From NCBI GenBank assembly GCA_965371805.1, contig CBDUZW010000004.1:12592-76591 (forward strand): a stretch of DNA of 64,000 nt, in the 5' to 3' direction. The position numbers and the translations under genes were made by a program. This document shows positions 27,593 through 37,720 of this stretch, piece after piece; position 1 is the first letter of the stretch; each line of letters opens with the position of its first letter. Under the pieces are notes generated by a model that did not search any database, had not been told where the DNA came from, and was given only the letters and a program-made list of their open reading frames with translations. Origin of the DNA: an uncultured bacterium (GTDB lineage Bacteria; Acidobacteriota; Aminicenantia; UBA2199).

Positions 27593-28924
27593 TTATATTT
27601 GTTTTTTCTCTTTCCAGAAATATCCGATTAGAAAACCCAAAAGTGACAGACCTAATCCATAAGGAAGTGAGTATGGCCATTTAGGGATTGGCAGGTTAAG
27701 CCCATATTCATTGAAGAAAACCAGAATTGAAAACCCTCCTCCAAGAGATAAACTTAATATACCAGCAAGCGGTTTTTTAATCTTAAATAATAATGCAGCC
27801 ATTCCTGGGATAAAAAAACCTTCTGCCATAATTTCAGATGCAAGTCCAAGCGTTTTTATTATCGATGTAAATCCTAATGCAATTATTATTGCCAGAAAAC
27901 CACTAAAAATAGTTGCTAGTTTTGCATAAAACAAAAGCTTTTTGTCCGACTTTACATTTAATATGTCTTTTACAATTGTTAATGAACTTATATTTAAGGC
28001 AGAATCGGCAGTTGACATGATTGCGGAGGCAATTCCAATAAAAACCAATATTTGACCAAATTTTGGTAGATAGTTTTTAATGATATATCCTAAATTTGTA
28101 TTTGCATCATACTGCCTTAGAGAAATAGCAATTAATATAATTAGAATATAAATGACAAAAAAAGTCATAAGAGAAAATATGAGTCCTCTCTTTGAAGATC
28201 TGGATGATTTAGCAGATATTATCCTTTGCCAAATTATTGGGGATATTACCCAGGCGAGAGTAAAGGAGATAACCATTAAAAGATTAAACTCAATATTTGA
28301 AAATAAGTTAAGATCACTGGCTTTTATGTAAATAAATGATTCATTTGAATAAAAAAACAGATATAAAATTGAGAGGGAAATAAGGATCAATTGAATTCCA
28401 TCTGTGAATATTACAGACAGGTACCCGCCATAAAATGAGTACAGGATTACAATTATCCCGCCTATGAGAACTGTAGTGGTGTAGTTGGTGTTAATAAAGG
28501 CTGAGATGAATCTCCCCCATGCAACAAACTGGGATGCGGTCAGGACAACCATATAAAAAAAAACCAGAATTGAAGCTAAAATTGAAATTTTGCTACCATA
28601 ATAAACTTTTAAAAATTCCGGGAGTGATATGAAGTTGCTTTCTCGTATTTTCTTGTTTAGTAAAATAAAAATAAAAATTGTTAAAAATGTTGGAACTCCA
28701 AGCATCCACACGGCATTGAATCCAACCGATATGCCCTTTTCTATTGTAGCAATTGTAGTTGAAGCACCGATCCATGTGGCTGTGATTGTAAAAAAAATTA
28801 GCAGTGTTCCTACATCTTTCTTCCCGAAAAAATAGTCTATAAAGGATTTGTTTTTTTTTGAAAGTACTATTCCTGTGAGGGTTAATGCAACTAAAAATAT
28901 TGTTAATACAGATACAAATAACAT
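27593..28924 (-). CDS. Sodium:solute symporter family protein
   Basis: Many TM helices; TATWIGA, YSFYGGYLSVIFTDGIQ, WQRIISAKS, SAIMSTADS. Confidence 0.9.
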   Translation of the reverse strand: MLFVSVLTIFLVALTLTGIVLSKKNKSFIDYFFGKKDVGTLLIFFTITATWIGASTTIATIEKGISVGFNAVWMLGVPTFLTIFIFILLNKKIRESNFISLPEFLKVYYGSKISILASILVFFYMVVLTASQFVAWGRFISAFINTNYTTTVLIGGIIVILYSFYGGYLSVIFTDGIQLILISLSILYLFFYSNESFIYIKASDLNLFSNIEFNLLMVISFTLAWVISPIIWQRIISAKSSRSSKRGLIFSLMTFFVIYILIILIAISLRQYDANTNLGYIIKNYLPKFGQILVFIGIASAIMSTADSALNISSLTIVKDILNVKSDKKLLFYAKLATIFSGFLAIIIALGFTSIIKTLGLASEIMAEGFFIPGMAALLFKIKKPLAGILSLSLGGGFSILVFFNEYGLNLPIPKWPYSLPYGLGLSLLGFLIGYFWKEKKQI

Positions 28925-28932
28925 TTAGATTT

Positions 28933-30180
28933 TTACTTTACTTTTAAAATCATAAATGTAAAGTCATCTTTATATGGAGTACCTTTTGAAAACTTGTCTA
29001 TTTCAACTTGAAATTTATCAGATAATTTTGCTGCGGAAAGTTTGTGGTTTTTTTTTATAAACTCGACTATTCTTTCCTCTCCATATTCTTCACCTTCAGG
29101 GGATTCAACTTCCGGTGCACCATCAGTAAAGATGGAAATAATATCACCGCTTTTCAGTAAAATTGTCTCTTCTTCATATTTTCCATCATTAATAAACCCG
29201 GTCAAAAAACCACCTTTTGATAATCTTGAAACTTTATTTTTTGAGACATGTATTGGTTCAACATGGCCTGCATTTACATAACTAATCGTTTTTTTTTTAT
29301 CATCAATTAATATCCAGAATAAAGTAATAAATCGATTGCCTTTTTGTAAATTGTAAATCAAGGAATTAGCTTTTTGAATAAATTTAGATGGTTTGTCTGT
29401 GACAAACTCATTCATAGAATGAAATATTGCCTGAGATGAAGCTCCAAGTAGTGCAGCGGATAGTCCTTTTCCCTCAACATCTGCTACAAGAACGGGTGTT
29501 TTTCCATTTTGAGCTCTTAATATATCATAATAGTCCCCTCCGACTTCTTTTAAGGGTTGATAAATAACTGAGATCTCAAAATTCTCCAGTTCCGGGAGTT
29601 CCTGGGGTAGGAGAGATAACTGAATGTCCTTAGCGATGGTTAACTCTCTTTCCACCTGTTTTGACTCAATTATTTTTTTTACCATAAATGAATTGTCTAA
29701 TGCAGTTATCGTAAATTTTGAAAGGAAGAATGCATACTCAATCTCTTCTTTTGTTAGCTCAATTCTATTAAATTTTTTTCCAAGTGCTAAATATATAGGC
29801 CTACTTTTTGATAAAGATAGATCAATTAAATAATAAATGTTCTTCTGTCCCAATAATGATTTCAATTGACTCTTTTCGTCTGAAAAGTCAGAAATATTTT
29901 TAACTAAAAACGGATCTCTAATTTTTTGCAGATCAGCTTTTATGAGTAATTTTTCCTCTTCATCATTACGAAAGCCTCTTCTTTTAAAAACATCATTTTT
30001 TAGATCAAAAAAAAAGAGTTTTGTGATACCTAATTGTCCCATTATAGTTGAAAAATAAACCCTGAATATATTGTCTATTTCAAAAGAGGAATATAAGGAA
30101 TCTGAAAATTCATAAATTGAACTAAATCTGAATTTACTTTGTTTTAATTCTTTGTTCAGATCTGCTACTGATCTATCCAC
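28933..30180 (-). CDS. RsbU/SpoIIE-like PP2C phosphatase
   Basis: AKDIQLSLLP, VGGDYYD, VADVEGKG, NAGH, FTDG, DDFT. Confidence 0.92.
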   Translation of the reverse strand: MDRSVADLNKELKQSKFRFSSIYEFSDSLYSSFEIDNIFRVYFSTIMGQLGITKLFFFDLKNDVFKRRGFRNDEEEKLLIKADLQKIRDPFLVKNISDFSDEKSQLKSLLGQKNIYYLIDLSLSKSRPIYLALGKKFNRIELTKEEIEYAFFLSKFTITALDNSFMVKKIIESKQVERELTIAKDIQLSLLPQELPELENFEISVIYQPLKEVGGDYYDILRAQNGKTPVLVADVEGKGLSAALLGASSQAIFHSMNEFVTDKPSKFIQKANSLIYNLQKGNRFITLFWILIDDKKKTISYVNAGHVEPIHVSKNKVSRLSKGGFLTGFINDGKYEEETILLKSGDIISIFTDGAPEVESPEGEEYGEERIVEFIKKNHKLSAAKLSDKFQVEIDKFSKGTPYKDDFTFMILKVK

Positions 30181-30614
30181 TTAACCATCTCACAATAATT
30201 TTTGTTTTTTATAGATTTATATTCAACGGAATCCATTATTCTTTTCATAATTTCAACTCCAATACCACCTTTTTTCTTTTCTTTAATCATCTTGTTTATA
30301 TCTATTGCAGAATTATCTAATACAGGTGGTTCGCCGGAAAAAATTAATAGGATTTTTAACCCTTTTTTATCTTGTTTTTTTGTTGTATAGAATTCCATTA
30401 TGATATCAAAGTTTTCATCATAATGATAAGAGTGTTTTATTATATTGGTAATAGCCTCATCTACCGCAAGTGCAATCTTTTGAGACTCTTTCTTGCCAAA
30501 CTCATTGATAGTTGCCATATGTTTTGTTAAATCAACTATCATTTTTAATAATCCGGTTTTTGCCGGGATAGAAATCTTTAGTTCAGGCTTTTTGGGAAAT
30601 TTATTTTTTTCCAT
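30165..30614 (-). CDS. RsbW-like anti-sigma factor kinase
   Basis: LAVDEAITNIIKHSY and GGIGVEIMKRIMD. Confidence 0.88.
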   Translation of the reverse strand: MEKNKFPKKPELKISIPAKTGLLKMIVDLTKHMATINEFGKKESQKIALAVDEAITNIIKHSYHYDENFDIIMEFYTTKKQDKKGLKILLIFSGEPPVLDNSAIDINKMIKEKKKGGIGVEIMKRIMDSVEYKSIKNKNYCEMVKWIDQ

Positions 30615-30954
30615 TATTGAATTTGTTTATCGCTTCTGATTCGTCTTTTAAAAAATCATATATTTCTGTAAATCCAACCAGGTCAAATATTTCGAAGACT
30701 CTTTCATTTACGGAACATAATTTGATATCACCGCCTTTTTCCTGGATTTCATCCAGGTACCCCATTATTATTCCCATCCCTGCAGAGCTGATATAGTTAA
30801 GGTCTGTACAATTTATTATAATATTAATCGATTTATTTTCAATTAGTTTTATGATCTCTGTTTCAAAATATTCCACATTATGAGCATCTAAATGCCCTTT
30901 TGGATACAGCATAGCAATACCCGCAACAACTTTTACTTTTACGCTAAAGTCCAT
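30601..30954 (-). CDS. RsbV-like STAS anti-anti-sigma factor
   Basis: GHLDA, LNYISSAGMG, VFEIFDLVGF. Confidence 0.92.
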   Translation of the reverse strand: MDFSVKVKVVAGIAMLYPKGHLDAHNVEYFETEIIKLIENKSINIIINCTDLNYISSAGMGIIMGYLDEIQEKGGDIKLCSVNERVFEIFDLVGFTEIYDFLKDESEAINKFNNGKK

Positions 30955-31064
30955 AAGTTACCTCTCCATCATTTATATTTTAGTATATGTAAAAGGAAAA
31001 TACAAATAAAAAATGAATAAATTTGAATTTCTACTAATTCTGCATTAAAATATATTTTAAATAA

Positions 31065-31538
31065 GGAGATTATTATAATTTGCCGATAGATCTTCTTGAA
31101 AAAATAGTTGATGATTCAATAAAAAAGGGATATTCGGTTTGTTGGGATGCTGATGTAAGTGACAAATATTTTAATTATGACAAAAAAGGATGGGCAGTTG
31201 TTCCTGAAAAAGATTATTAAGACTTATCTAAAAAAGAGCAAAAAGAAAAAATTAAAAAACCAGTAAAAGAAAAGAATGATACTCAGGAACTAAGACAGAA
31301 ACATTATGATAACTATACAACCACAGATGATCATCTTATGTACTTTATTGGAAGAGTTAATGATCAGACTGGAAAACAATTTTATTTAATAAAAAACTCC
31401 TGGGGAACTGATAGTGAATTTAAAGGATACTATTACGTATCAAAAGCATATTTCAGGCTTAGAACAATCAATATTATGATAAATAAAGAAGTACTATCAA
31501 AAGAAAAAAAGGAAAAAACAAATATTTCAAAAAATTGA
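31065..31538 (+). pseudogene. C-terminal remnant of aminopeptidase C (papain-like C1B)
   Basis: One frame reads YYNLPID...CWDADVS...[TAA 31218]...TTDDHLM...IKNSWG; the catalytic-Cys half is missing. Confidence 0.85.
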
Positions 31539-31569
31539 CAAGTATATAAATTTAATTTAGAATTAACTA

Positions 31570-32088
31570 ATGCAGAATGGGATTGAAAAACCTTGGTATG
31601 TGTTGAACGTTAAGCCTAAGCAGGAAACAATAGCCGAGATAAATTTAAAAAAACTTGGTGTAGAGGTATATATGCCTCTATATAATAAGACTGTAAAAAA
31701 AAAAAAAGAGAAAGTAAGTGTCGTGTCTCCTCTTTTTTCAGGTTATATTTTTGCCAGATTTGATCTTGTAGATTATTACCATAAAGTAATGTATACCAGG
31801 GGAGTAAAAAGTGTTCTTGGAAATACAACCACTATCTGGCTTTTAGATAATAAAAAAATTGAAGAGATAAAAAGCAGAGAGTTGAATGGTATTATTACTT
31901 TAAAAAGTAAGAATGATGCTTTTTTTAAAGGTGATAGAGTAATAGTAGATGAAGGAAGTCTGGATGGTTGGGAAGGTATTTTTTATGAGGAACTTCCCGA
32001 TAAAGAAAGGGTTACCATACTTCTGACCAGTATGGGATTTACAGGCAAAATGACTGTTTCCAGAGATAAGCTGATAAGAAAAGCATAG
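31570..32088 (+). CDS. NusG paralog (RfaH/UpxY-like antiterminator)
   Basis: WYVLNVKPKQE, PLFSGYIF, TRGV, KOW-like FKGDRVIVDEG. Confidence 0.88.
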   Translation: MQNGIEKPWYVLNVKPKQETIAEINLKKLGVEVYMPLYNKTVKKKKEKVSVVSPLFSGYIFARFDLVDYYHKVMYTRGVKSVLGNTTTIWLLDNKKIEEIKSRELNGIITLKSKNDAFFKGDRVIVDEGSLDGWEGIFYEELPDKERVTILLTSMGFTGKMTVSRDKLIRKA

Positions 32089-32145
32089 TTCATATAAAAT
32101 CTGGCATTAAAGTTTGAATAAAGGAAGTTGCTTGTTTTTGATGAC

Positions 32146-32736
32146 TTATTTTTTGGGAGTAATAGCTGGTGGTCTTTCATAAACTATTTCAGAAGTCTGA
32201 TTGCTTTCTCCTCTGTGACCAATAAGTTTATCGAGATATTTACCTTTTTTAATCTTCATCTCTCCACTTGCTCTTATTAAACTGTTTTTTAATTCAATGA
32301 GTTTTGCACAAACATAATAGTATTCTCCAGCATCTATATAGGTTCCGATTATGATTGATTCTAATTTCCCATACCCTGCATCTTTAAGCTCATTTTTAAG
32401 TCTTGTAATGTTTATTTCACCAGTTCTTGGGATAAATTTGTTTTGCTTTCCAAGCCTCAACTCTTTTAATCTAAAACCATTTTTAAAAAGATGATATGAT
32501 GTTTTTTCCTGTAGATATCTTCCTAATGGCTCAGCTTCATCTAATCTGTTTAGATTGGCAAATGTCAAGACACCTGTCTCTTTGTTTTTTAAAGAGGGGA
32601 TACGAAGGGAGTCATTAATCATTAAGCTCATTTTTTGGACAGGAATTCCCTGATAGTTATTATTACTAATTATTTTAAATAATGAACAGCTATTAAAAAC
32701 AAAAGTAAATAATAACAAAATTACTAATTTTCTCAT
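32146..32736 (-). CDS. FlgO-like outer-membrane lipoprotein
   Basis: Lipobox FNSC; TFANLN, LGRYLQE, IIIGTY. Confidence 0.65.
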   Translation of the reverse strand: MRKLVILLLFTFVFNSCSLFKIISNNNYQGIPVQKMSLMINDSLRIPSLKNKETGVLTFANLNRLDEAEPLGRYLQEKTSYHLFKNGFRLKELRLGKQNKFIPRTGEINITRLKNELKDAGYGKLESIIIGTYIDAGEYYYVCAKLIELKNSLIRASGEMKIKKGKYLDKLIGHRGESNQTSEIVYERPPAITPKK

Positions 32737-32804
32737 TACTAAATATATCGGATATTATTTTAAAAAAATTAGTATATAGTTTATTAAGTTGCCCAGGCTC
32801 TTTG

Positions 32805-35800
32805 TTATTGTCTTCCAAGAAGAGCTTTGAGCTTTATAAGGAAATGTCTCGGTTTAAATGGTTTTTGAATAAAATCTGTCCCATTAAAGTTTAAAATTTT
32901 CTGGATATTATCATCCATTGAGTATCCGGAATTAACTAATACCTTTATTTCTGGAGATATTTCTCTCAATTTAATAAAGGTTTTACTCCCACTCATTTTT
33001 GGCATAGACATATCTAATATAATTGCATTTATCTTCTTTTTGTTTTTTAAATACTTCTTAATTCCTTCAACTCCATCAGATGCAATTATGACTGAATATC
33101 CATTTTCTAGTAGTATGGTTTCAAGTAATTCACTATGTACTTCTTCGTCATCAATTATTAATATAGTGTCAGTTCCATATAAGGTTTTTGACAGGTCTTC
33201 TATGTCTGAATTATCAAAATTGTTTGTTTTTGGAGTATACTTTTTGTTATTCAGTGGGAAGTATAAGTTGAATGTAGTTCCATTATTATCTTTGCTTTGT
33301 ACATTTAATGCCCCGTTATGGTTTTTAATAACACCATATACCATAGATAATCCTAATCCAGATCCTTTGGCAACTTTTTTTGTAGTGAAGAAAGGGTCAA
33401 AGATTTTTTGAAGATTTTCATTTGTTATACCGAAACCATTGTCCTTGATCGATACTTTTAAATATTTTCCTGCCTTTGCTGTCAATGCAAATCTCATCTG
33501 GTCTTCTGACGATAAATTAGTCAATTCTGAGTAGATTTTGATAAATCCTCCGTTAGGTAAAGCATCTCTAGCATTTAGGCATATGTTCATGATTACCTGT
33601 TGAATCTGTGAAGCGTCTGCTTCAATAAGTGAGGTAGGTTTCATTAAATTTAATTCTATTTTTATAGATTTGTCTATAGTAGGATGCAGAAGATTTGTAA
33701 CCTCATTAATAACGTCATTCAAGTCTGTCAAAGTAACTTTGTATTTACCTTGTCTTGCAAATCCCAAAAGTTTTTTTGTTAGATCAGCTGCTCTTTCAGC
33801 ACTTTTTTCAATTGTATTGATATATTTAGATAATTTTTTATCTTTAGACAATAACCTTTTTAACAGGTTTGCATAACCAAGAATACCGCTTAGTATATTA
33901 TTAAAATCATGTGCGATCCCTCCAGCAAGAAGCCCGATTGATTCCATTTTTTGTGCCTGTATTAACTGTGTCTGCAAAATATGTTGATCGGTAATATCCT
34001 TTATAATACCCCTATAACCGATAGTCTCACCACGATTATTTTTTAATAGGTAAGAACTTTCAATAACTATCAATATTCCACTATCTTTTTTTTTTATATT
34101 GCTCTCAAAGTTCTTAACATATCCATTAGTTTGCATTAATCGTTTAAATTCATCGCGTCGGGTTCTATCAATATATATGTCATATTGTATTTTTTTTCTT
34201 GAAATTTCTTTAAGATTTTTATAACCAAACATATCCAGGCCTGCCTGATTAATTGACAAGAACATGCCATCTGGAGTTGAGGTGAAAATACAATCAAGGG
34301 ATTCCTCAAAGAGTGATTGATAGCTCAATAAGGATTCTTTTAATTGAATGTTTTTCTGATATATCTCCCTTTTGAGGAGTTTTGAGATTTTAATCTGAAC
34401 AAATATTTTCCTGAATAAAAAGCTTGAAATTAGAATCAGAGTAAGAGCTATTAAAGCAAACCAGTATGATAAATAAAAAGGAGGAATGACTTCTATATCT
34501 TTTATAGAAGAAATATCACTCTCAATTCCACTCCCGTTTATTGCTTTGATCATAAAAGAATATTTGCCCTTTGAAAGATTATTATACCTGACATACCCAT
34601 CCGGGAATGTTTTTATCTTCCATTTCTCTTCATATCCTTTCAGTTTGTATTTGTATTGTAATGGTCTAGAACCTAAAAGAGAGATCCCTTTATAATAAAA
34701 CTCTAAAATACTATTTACACCCAGTCTTATTTTTTTTTTTCTATCATATTCAATATTATTTGCTTTAATTTTAATAATTTTCAGTAAGGGTTTGGGAGTT
34801 GGGATATCTATCATGTCGGGGGTATATTTTGAGAGCCCCTGATCCATTCCCAACCAGACTTTATCACTACTATCAACAAAACCACCATCTCTATTGCATT
34901 CTACACCAACTAAACCATCAAGATGTGTATAATATTTGAAATTTGTTTCATTGAATTTTATCACTCCATTTTTTGTTCCAATCCAATAGTTATTCTTTTT
35001 ATCTTTGGTAATAAAATAAACCGGGTTTGTTATCTTCCATCCCAATTGAGAAAATATTTGTAATTTTCCTTTTCTCAATTCAAATAAACCTTCTGTACCT
35101 CCAATTAAAAGGTGATCTTTTTTGTATTGCTGAACAGCATATGTTGAATTGTATAGCTTGTTTACTTTTGAATAGTATCTTTTCCATTTATTATTGTCAT
35201 ATGTTAATATCCCATTTATAAGAGTAGAAAAATAGATTTTTTTATTTATTAAAAACATTTTGCGAACTGCTATTCTGGGGAAATTACCTGTTTTAACAGG
35301 CAATAATTTATTATTCTTAATTCTCCAGATCCCTTTAGACCCTGCAGCCCAAATCCTGTTTTGTCCATCTTCAATAACTGTTACAATGTTTTTGCTTAAA
35401 TCGTGATCCCATTGTTTTATAAAATTGTAATTTGAACTTGTATCGAATTGAAAGAATCCTGCTGTTCCAGCCGCTACCCACATTCTCTTTTTACTATCAA
35501 TGAAAATATCAAATGTTCTTGAATCACTGAGGTTTTTTTTTAAAAACTTATTAAATTGTATTTTTTTATAGTTATTTTTCTTTTTTATAGTTAAGCCATT
35601 ATTATGTCCAAAAACCATTATTCCGGGAGCTATTTCTTCGACAGCTGTAACTTCATTCTCAAATAATCCATTTTTCATGCTGTAATTTTCAAATTGCAAA
35701 GATACTATTTTGTCAATGCCTCTTTTGGTACTTGTCCAGATATTTAATTCTCTATCCTGAAGAATTGACGTGATCCCCCTTGTTGCAATTCCATTCTCAG

Positions 35801-36704
35801 GCTCAAGTTTTTTAACTCTTTTACTTTTTAGATCAAGAAAATATAAGGAATTAATATTTCCAAAAAAAAGTCTTCCCCGTCTGTCATATTCTATAATGGT
35901 TTTTCTGGATTCTAAAATATTTCCAATCTCTTTAGTAATTTTGAATTTAAGATCTACTAATTTTATAAACTTCTTATTTGCAATTTTCCCAATCCAGTTG
36001 GTTCCGGTAATCCAAATTGTTTTTTGGTTATTCTCAGGTACTATCTTAATTCCGGTTAGACCTGTTCCTTTATTTGGTAAATGAATATTTAATTCATTAT
36101 TGATCAGTTTATCAGAAACAATTGAAATACCTTTTTTACTTATTACATAAAACTTTTCATTAATTGCATCAATGGATATTATATCATCATCCAGCAATCC
36201 ATCTTTTTTTGTAATATGTCTCCATTTTTCTCCTGAGTATAGGAAAATTCCATTATTATGAGACGCAAGTCCAATGGTTTTTTTTCCATTTTTTTCTACG
36301 ATTGCAATACCTGTGGTTTGTGTCTCGTTTATAACCTTTTCTGGACCATTAATTTGTTTCCATTTATCGTTATGAAATAAGTAGCCTCCCAATTCAATCC
36401 ATCTACTGAATACATAAACAATCCCTTTATTATCCGAAACTAACCATCGCAAATCAGCTGTATTTTTCCTGTCTCCTAAAATATCATGTAGCTTCCACGA
36501 TAAATTATCAAATTCCAATACCCCAATATTAGAAGAAAACCACATTCGTCCTGAAATATCCTGGACCAGGTTAAATGTTACTCCTGAAGGCAAACCATTT
36601 TTAACTGAGTAATTATGGATGTTATAGCTTTGATTAAAAGCTGGTATATTAAAATAAAGAATACTTAAGATTAAAATAATTTTAAAATTATACCTTTTGT
36701 TCAT
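32805..36704 (-). CDS. Hybrid sensor kinase (beta-propeller/YYY, TM, PAS, HisKA, HATPase, REC)
   Basis: Reg_prop-like repeats, QAQKMESIGLLAGGIAHDFNN, FDPFFTTK, GSGLGL, C-terminal receiver domain. Confidence 0.93.
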   Translation of the reverse strand: MNKRYNFKIILILSILYFNIPAFNQSYNIHNYSVKNGLPSGVTFNLVQDISGRMWFSSNIGVLEFDNLSWKLHDILGDRKNTADLRWLVSDNKGIVYVFSRWIELGGYLFHNDKWKQINGPEKVINETQTTGIAIVEKNGKKTIGLASHNNGIFLYSGEKWRHITKKDGLLDDDIISIDAINEKFYVISKKGISIVSDKLINNELNIHLPNKGTGLTGIKIVPENNQKTIWITGTNWIGKIANKKFIKLVDLKFKITKEIGNILESRKTIIEYDRRGRLFFGNINSLYFLDLKSKRVKKLEPENGIATRGITSILQDRELNIWTSTKRGIDKIVSLQFENYSMKNGLFENEVTAVEEIAPGIMVFGHNNGLTIKKKNNYKKIQFNKFLKKNLSDSRTFDIFIDSKKRMWVAAGTAGFFQFDTSSNYNFIKQWDHDLSKNIVTVIEDGQNRIWAAGSKGIWRIKNNKLLPVKTGNFPRIAVRKMFLINKKIYFSTLINGILTYDNNKWKRYYSKVNKLYNSTYAVQQYKKDHLLIGGTEGLFELRKGKLQIFSQLGWKITNPVYFITKDKKNNYWIGTKNGVIKFNETNFKYYTHLDGLVGVECNRDGGFVDSSDKVWLGMDQGLSKYTPDMIDIPTPKPLLKIIKIKANNIEYDRKKKIRLGVNSILEFYYKGISLLGSRPLQYKYKLKGYEEKWKIKTFPDGYVRYNNLSKGKYSFMIKAINGSGIESDISSIKDIEVIPPFYLSYWFALIALTLILISSFLFRKIFVQIKISKLLKREIYQKNIQLKESLLSYQSLFEESLDCIFTSTPDGMFLSINQAGLDMFGYKNLKEISRKKIQYDIYIDRTRRDEFKRLMQTNGYVKNFESNIKKKDSGILIVIESSYLLKNNRGETIGYRGIIKDITDQHILQTQLIQAQKMESIGLLAGGIAHDFNNILSGILGYANLLKRLLSKDKKLSKYINTIEKSAERAADLTKKLLGFARQGKYKVTLTDLNDVINEVTNLLHPTIDKSIKIELNLMKPTSLIEADASQIQQVIMNICLNARDALPNGGFIKIYSELTNLSSEDQMRFALTAKAGKYLKVSIKDNGFGITNENLQKIFDPFFTTKKVAKGSGLGLSMVYGVIKNHNGALNVQSKDNNGTTFNLYFPLNNKKYTPKTNNFDNSDIEDLSKTLYGTDTILIIDDEEVHSELLETILLENGYSVIIASDGVEGIKKYLKNKKKINAIILDMSMPKMSGSKTFIKLREISPEIKVLVNSGYSMDDNIQKILNFNGTDFIQKPFKPRHFLIKLKALLGRQ

Positions 36705-36748
36705 TTTTTGATTTTAATAAAAATAAAATTTAAAAGCAAGTGAGTTCA

Positions 36749-37708
36749 TTATATCATTTGTTCAATAATAAAATACCAAAAGGGTATTGTGAAGAGTGAG
36801 AACAGTGTTGAGATAGTTATTGTCCCGGACAATAGTTCCTTGTCAATGTCTATAAAATCAATAAAAAAAACACTCATTGCAGCAGTGGGCATTATCGATT
36901 CCAATAAGACAACTTTTATAGTTAATTCATCAATAGGCAATAAAATGTTTACAAAAAATACAGTAATTAGACCCAGGAAAAAACCAAAAAATAGACGAAA
37001 AAATGCTGATGTTAATGCAATTTTCAATTTTGATAATTTCATTTTTATTTTAAAGCTTAATCCAATTGCAAAGAGGATCATCGGGATCGTTAAGGCTGCA
37101 AAGTTTTCTATAAATCCCCAAAAAAGAGACGGAATTTGTAAGGCTGTAATATTCAATAATATCCCGGCTATAGCCGCCATGATTGGAACTATGGCTTTTC
37201 TGAATATTATAGAGAAAAATTTTTGTTTTTTTTCTGATGTATTTTTTCTTACTCTTAAAAACAGTAATAAAAACCCCCAAAACAAAAAAACCGGCCAGAA
37301 GAACATTGTAAAAAAAACGGCTCTGGTAAATGCCTGTTCCCCATAGAAGGAGTGGATAATTCCCCATCCAAGGAAAGCATAGTTCCCAATAATTGTTGAA
37401 AAAAGGTAAGTGTTTTGAAGTTTTTTGTCTGACTTGAAATAGGAGGGGAAATGTTTGGTGAATAGGTAAGAAGAAGCAACAAATAGTCCTGTAAGGACAA
37501 AAAATGAAAGGACAGATGGAAATATCTGTCCCAGGCTGCCTACATCTGCTTTGTATAAACTTTTAAATATAAGAAATGGAACACTGACTTTAATAATAAA
37601 CTTCCTTAATGTTCCTATCTCAGATTCATTAAAGACTTTAAATAAACTGAAAATATATCCAAATGCTATTGGAAGTATAACTGGAATAAAAATTGTTAAG
37701 ATACTGAT
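36749..37708 (-). CDS. AEC (auxin efflux carrier) family transporter with non-canonical start
   Basis: Frame of the 36749-37306 ORF stays open to 37720 and reads SILTIFIPVILPIAFGY...GNYAFLGWG...MPTAA; no ATG/GTG/TTG upstream of 37306; ATC at 37708 follows AAGGA. Confidence 0.8.
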   Translation of the reverse strand: MSILTIFIPVILPIAFGYIFSLFKVFNESEIGTLRKFIIKVSVPFLIFKSLYKADVGSLGQIFPSVLSFFVLTGLFVASSYLFTKHFPSYFKSDKKLQNTYLFSTIIGNYAFLGWGIIHSFYGEQAFTRAVFFTMFFWPVFLFWGFLLLFLRVRKNTSEKKQKFFSIIFRKAIVPIMAAIAGILLNITALQIPSLFWGFIENFAALTIPMILFAIGLSFKIKMKLSKLKIALTSAFFRLFFGFFLGLITVFFVNILLPIDELTIKVVLLESIMPTAAMSVFFIDFIDIDKELLSGTITISTLFSLFTIPFWYFIIEQMI

Positions 37709-37720
37709 ATTCTCAATCCT

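Noticed and set aside
19201-31220. Stop-codon reassignment suggested by in-frame TAA at 19201 and 31218
   Set aside because: TAA terminates many intact genes in the window, and the 31 kb locus is also truncated
36749-37500. AEC transporter as a frameshifted pseudogene (suggested by several short ORFs)
   Set aside because: Manual translation shows one uninterrupted frame from 37720 to 36749
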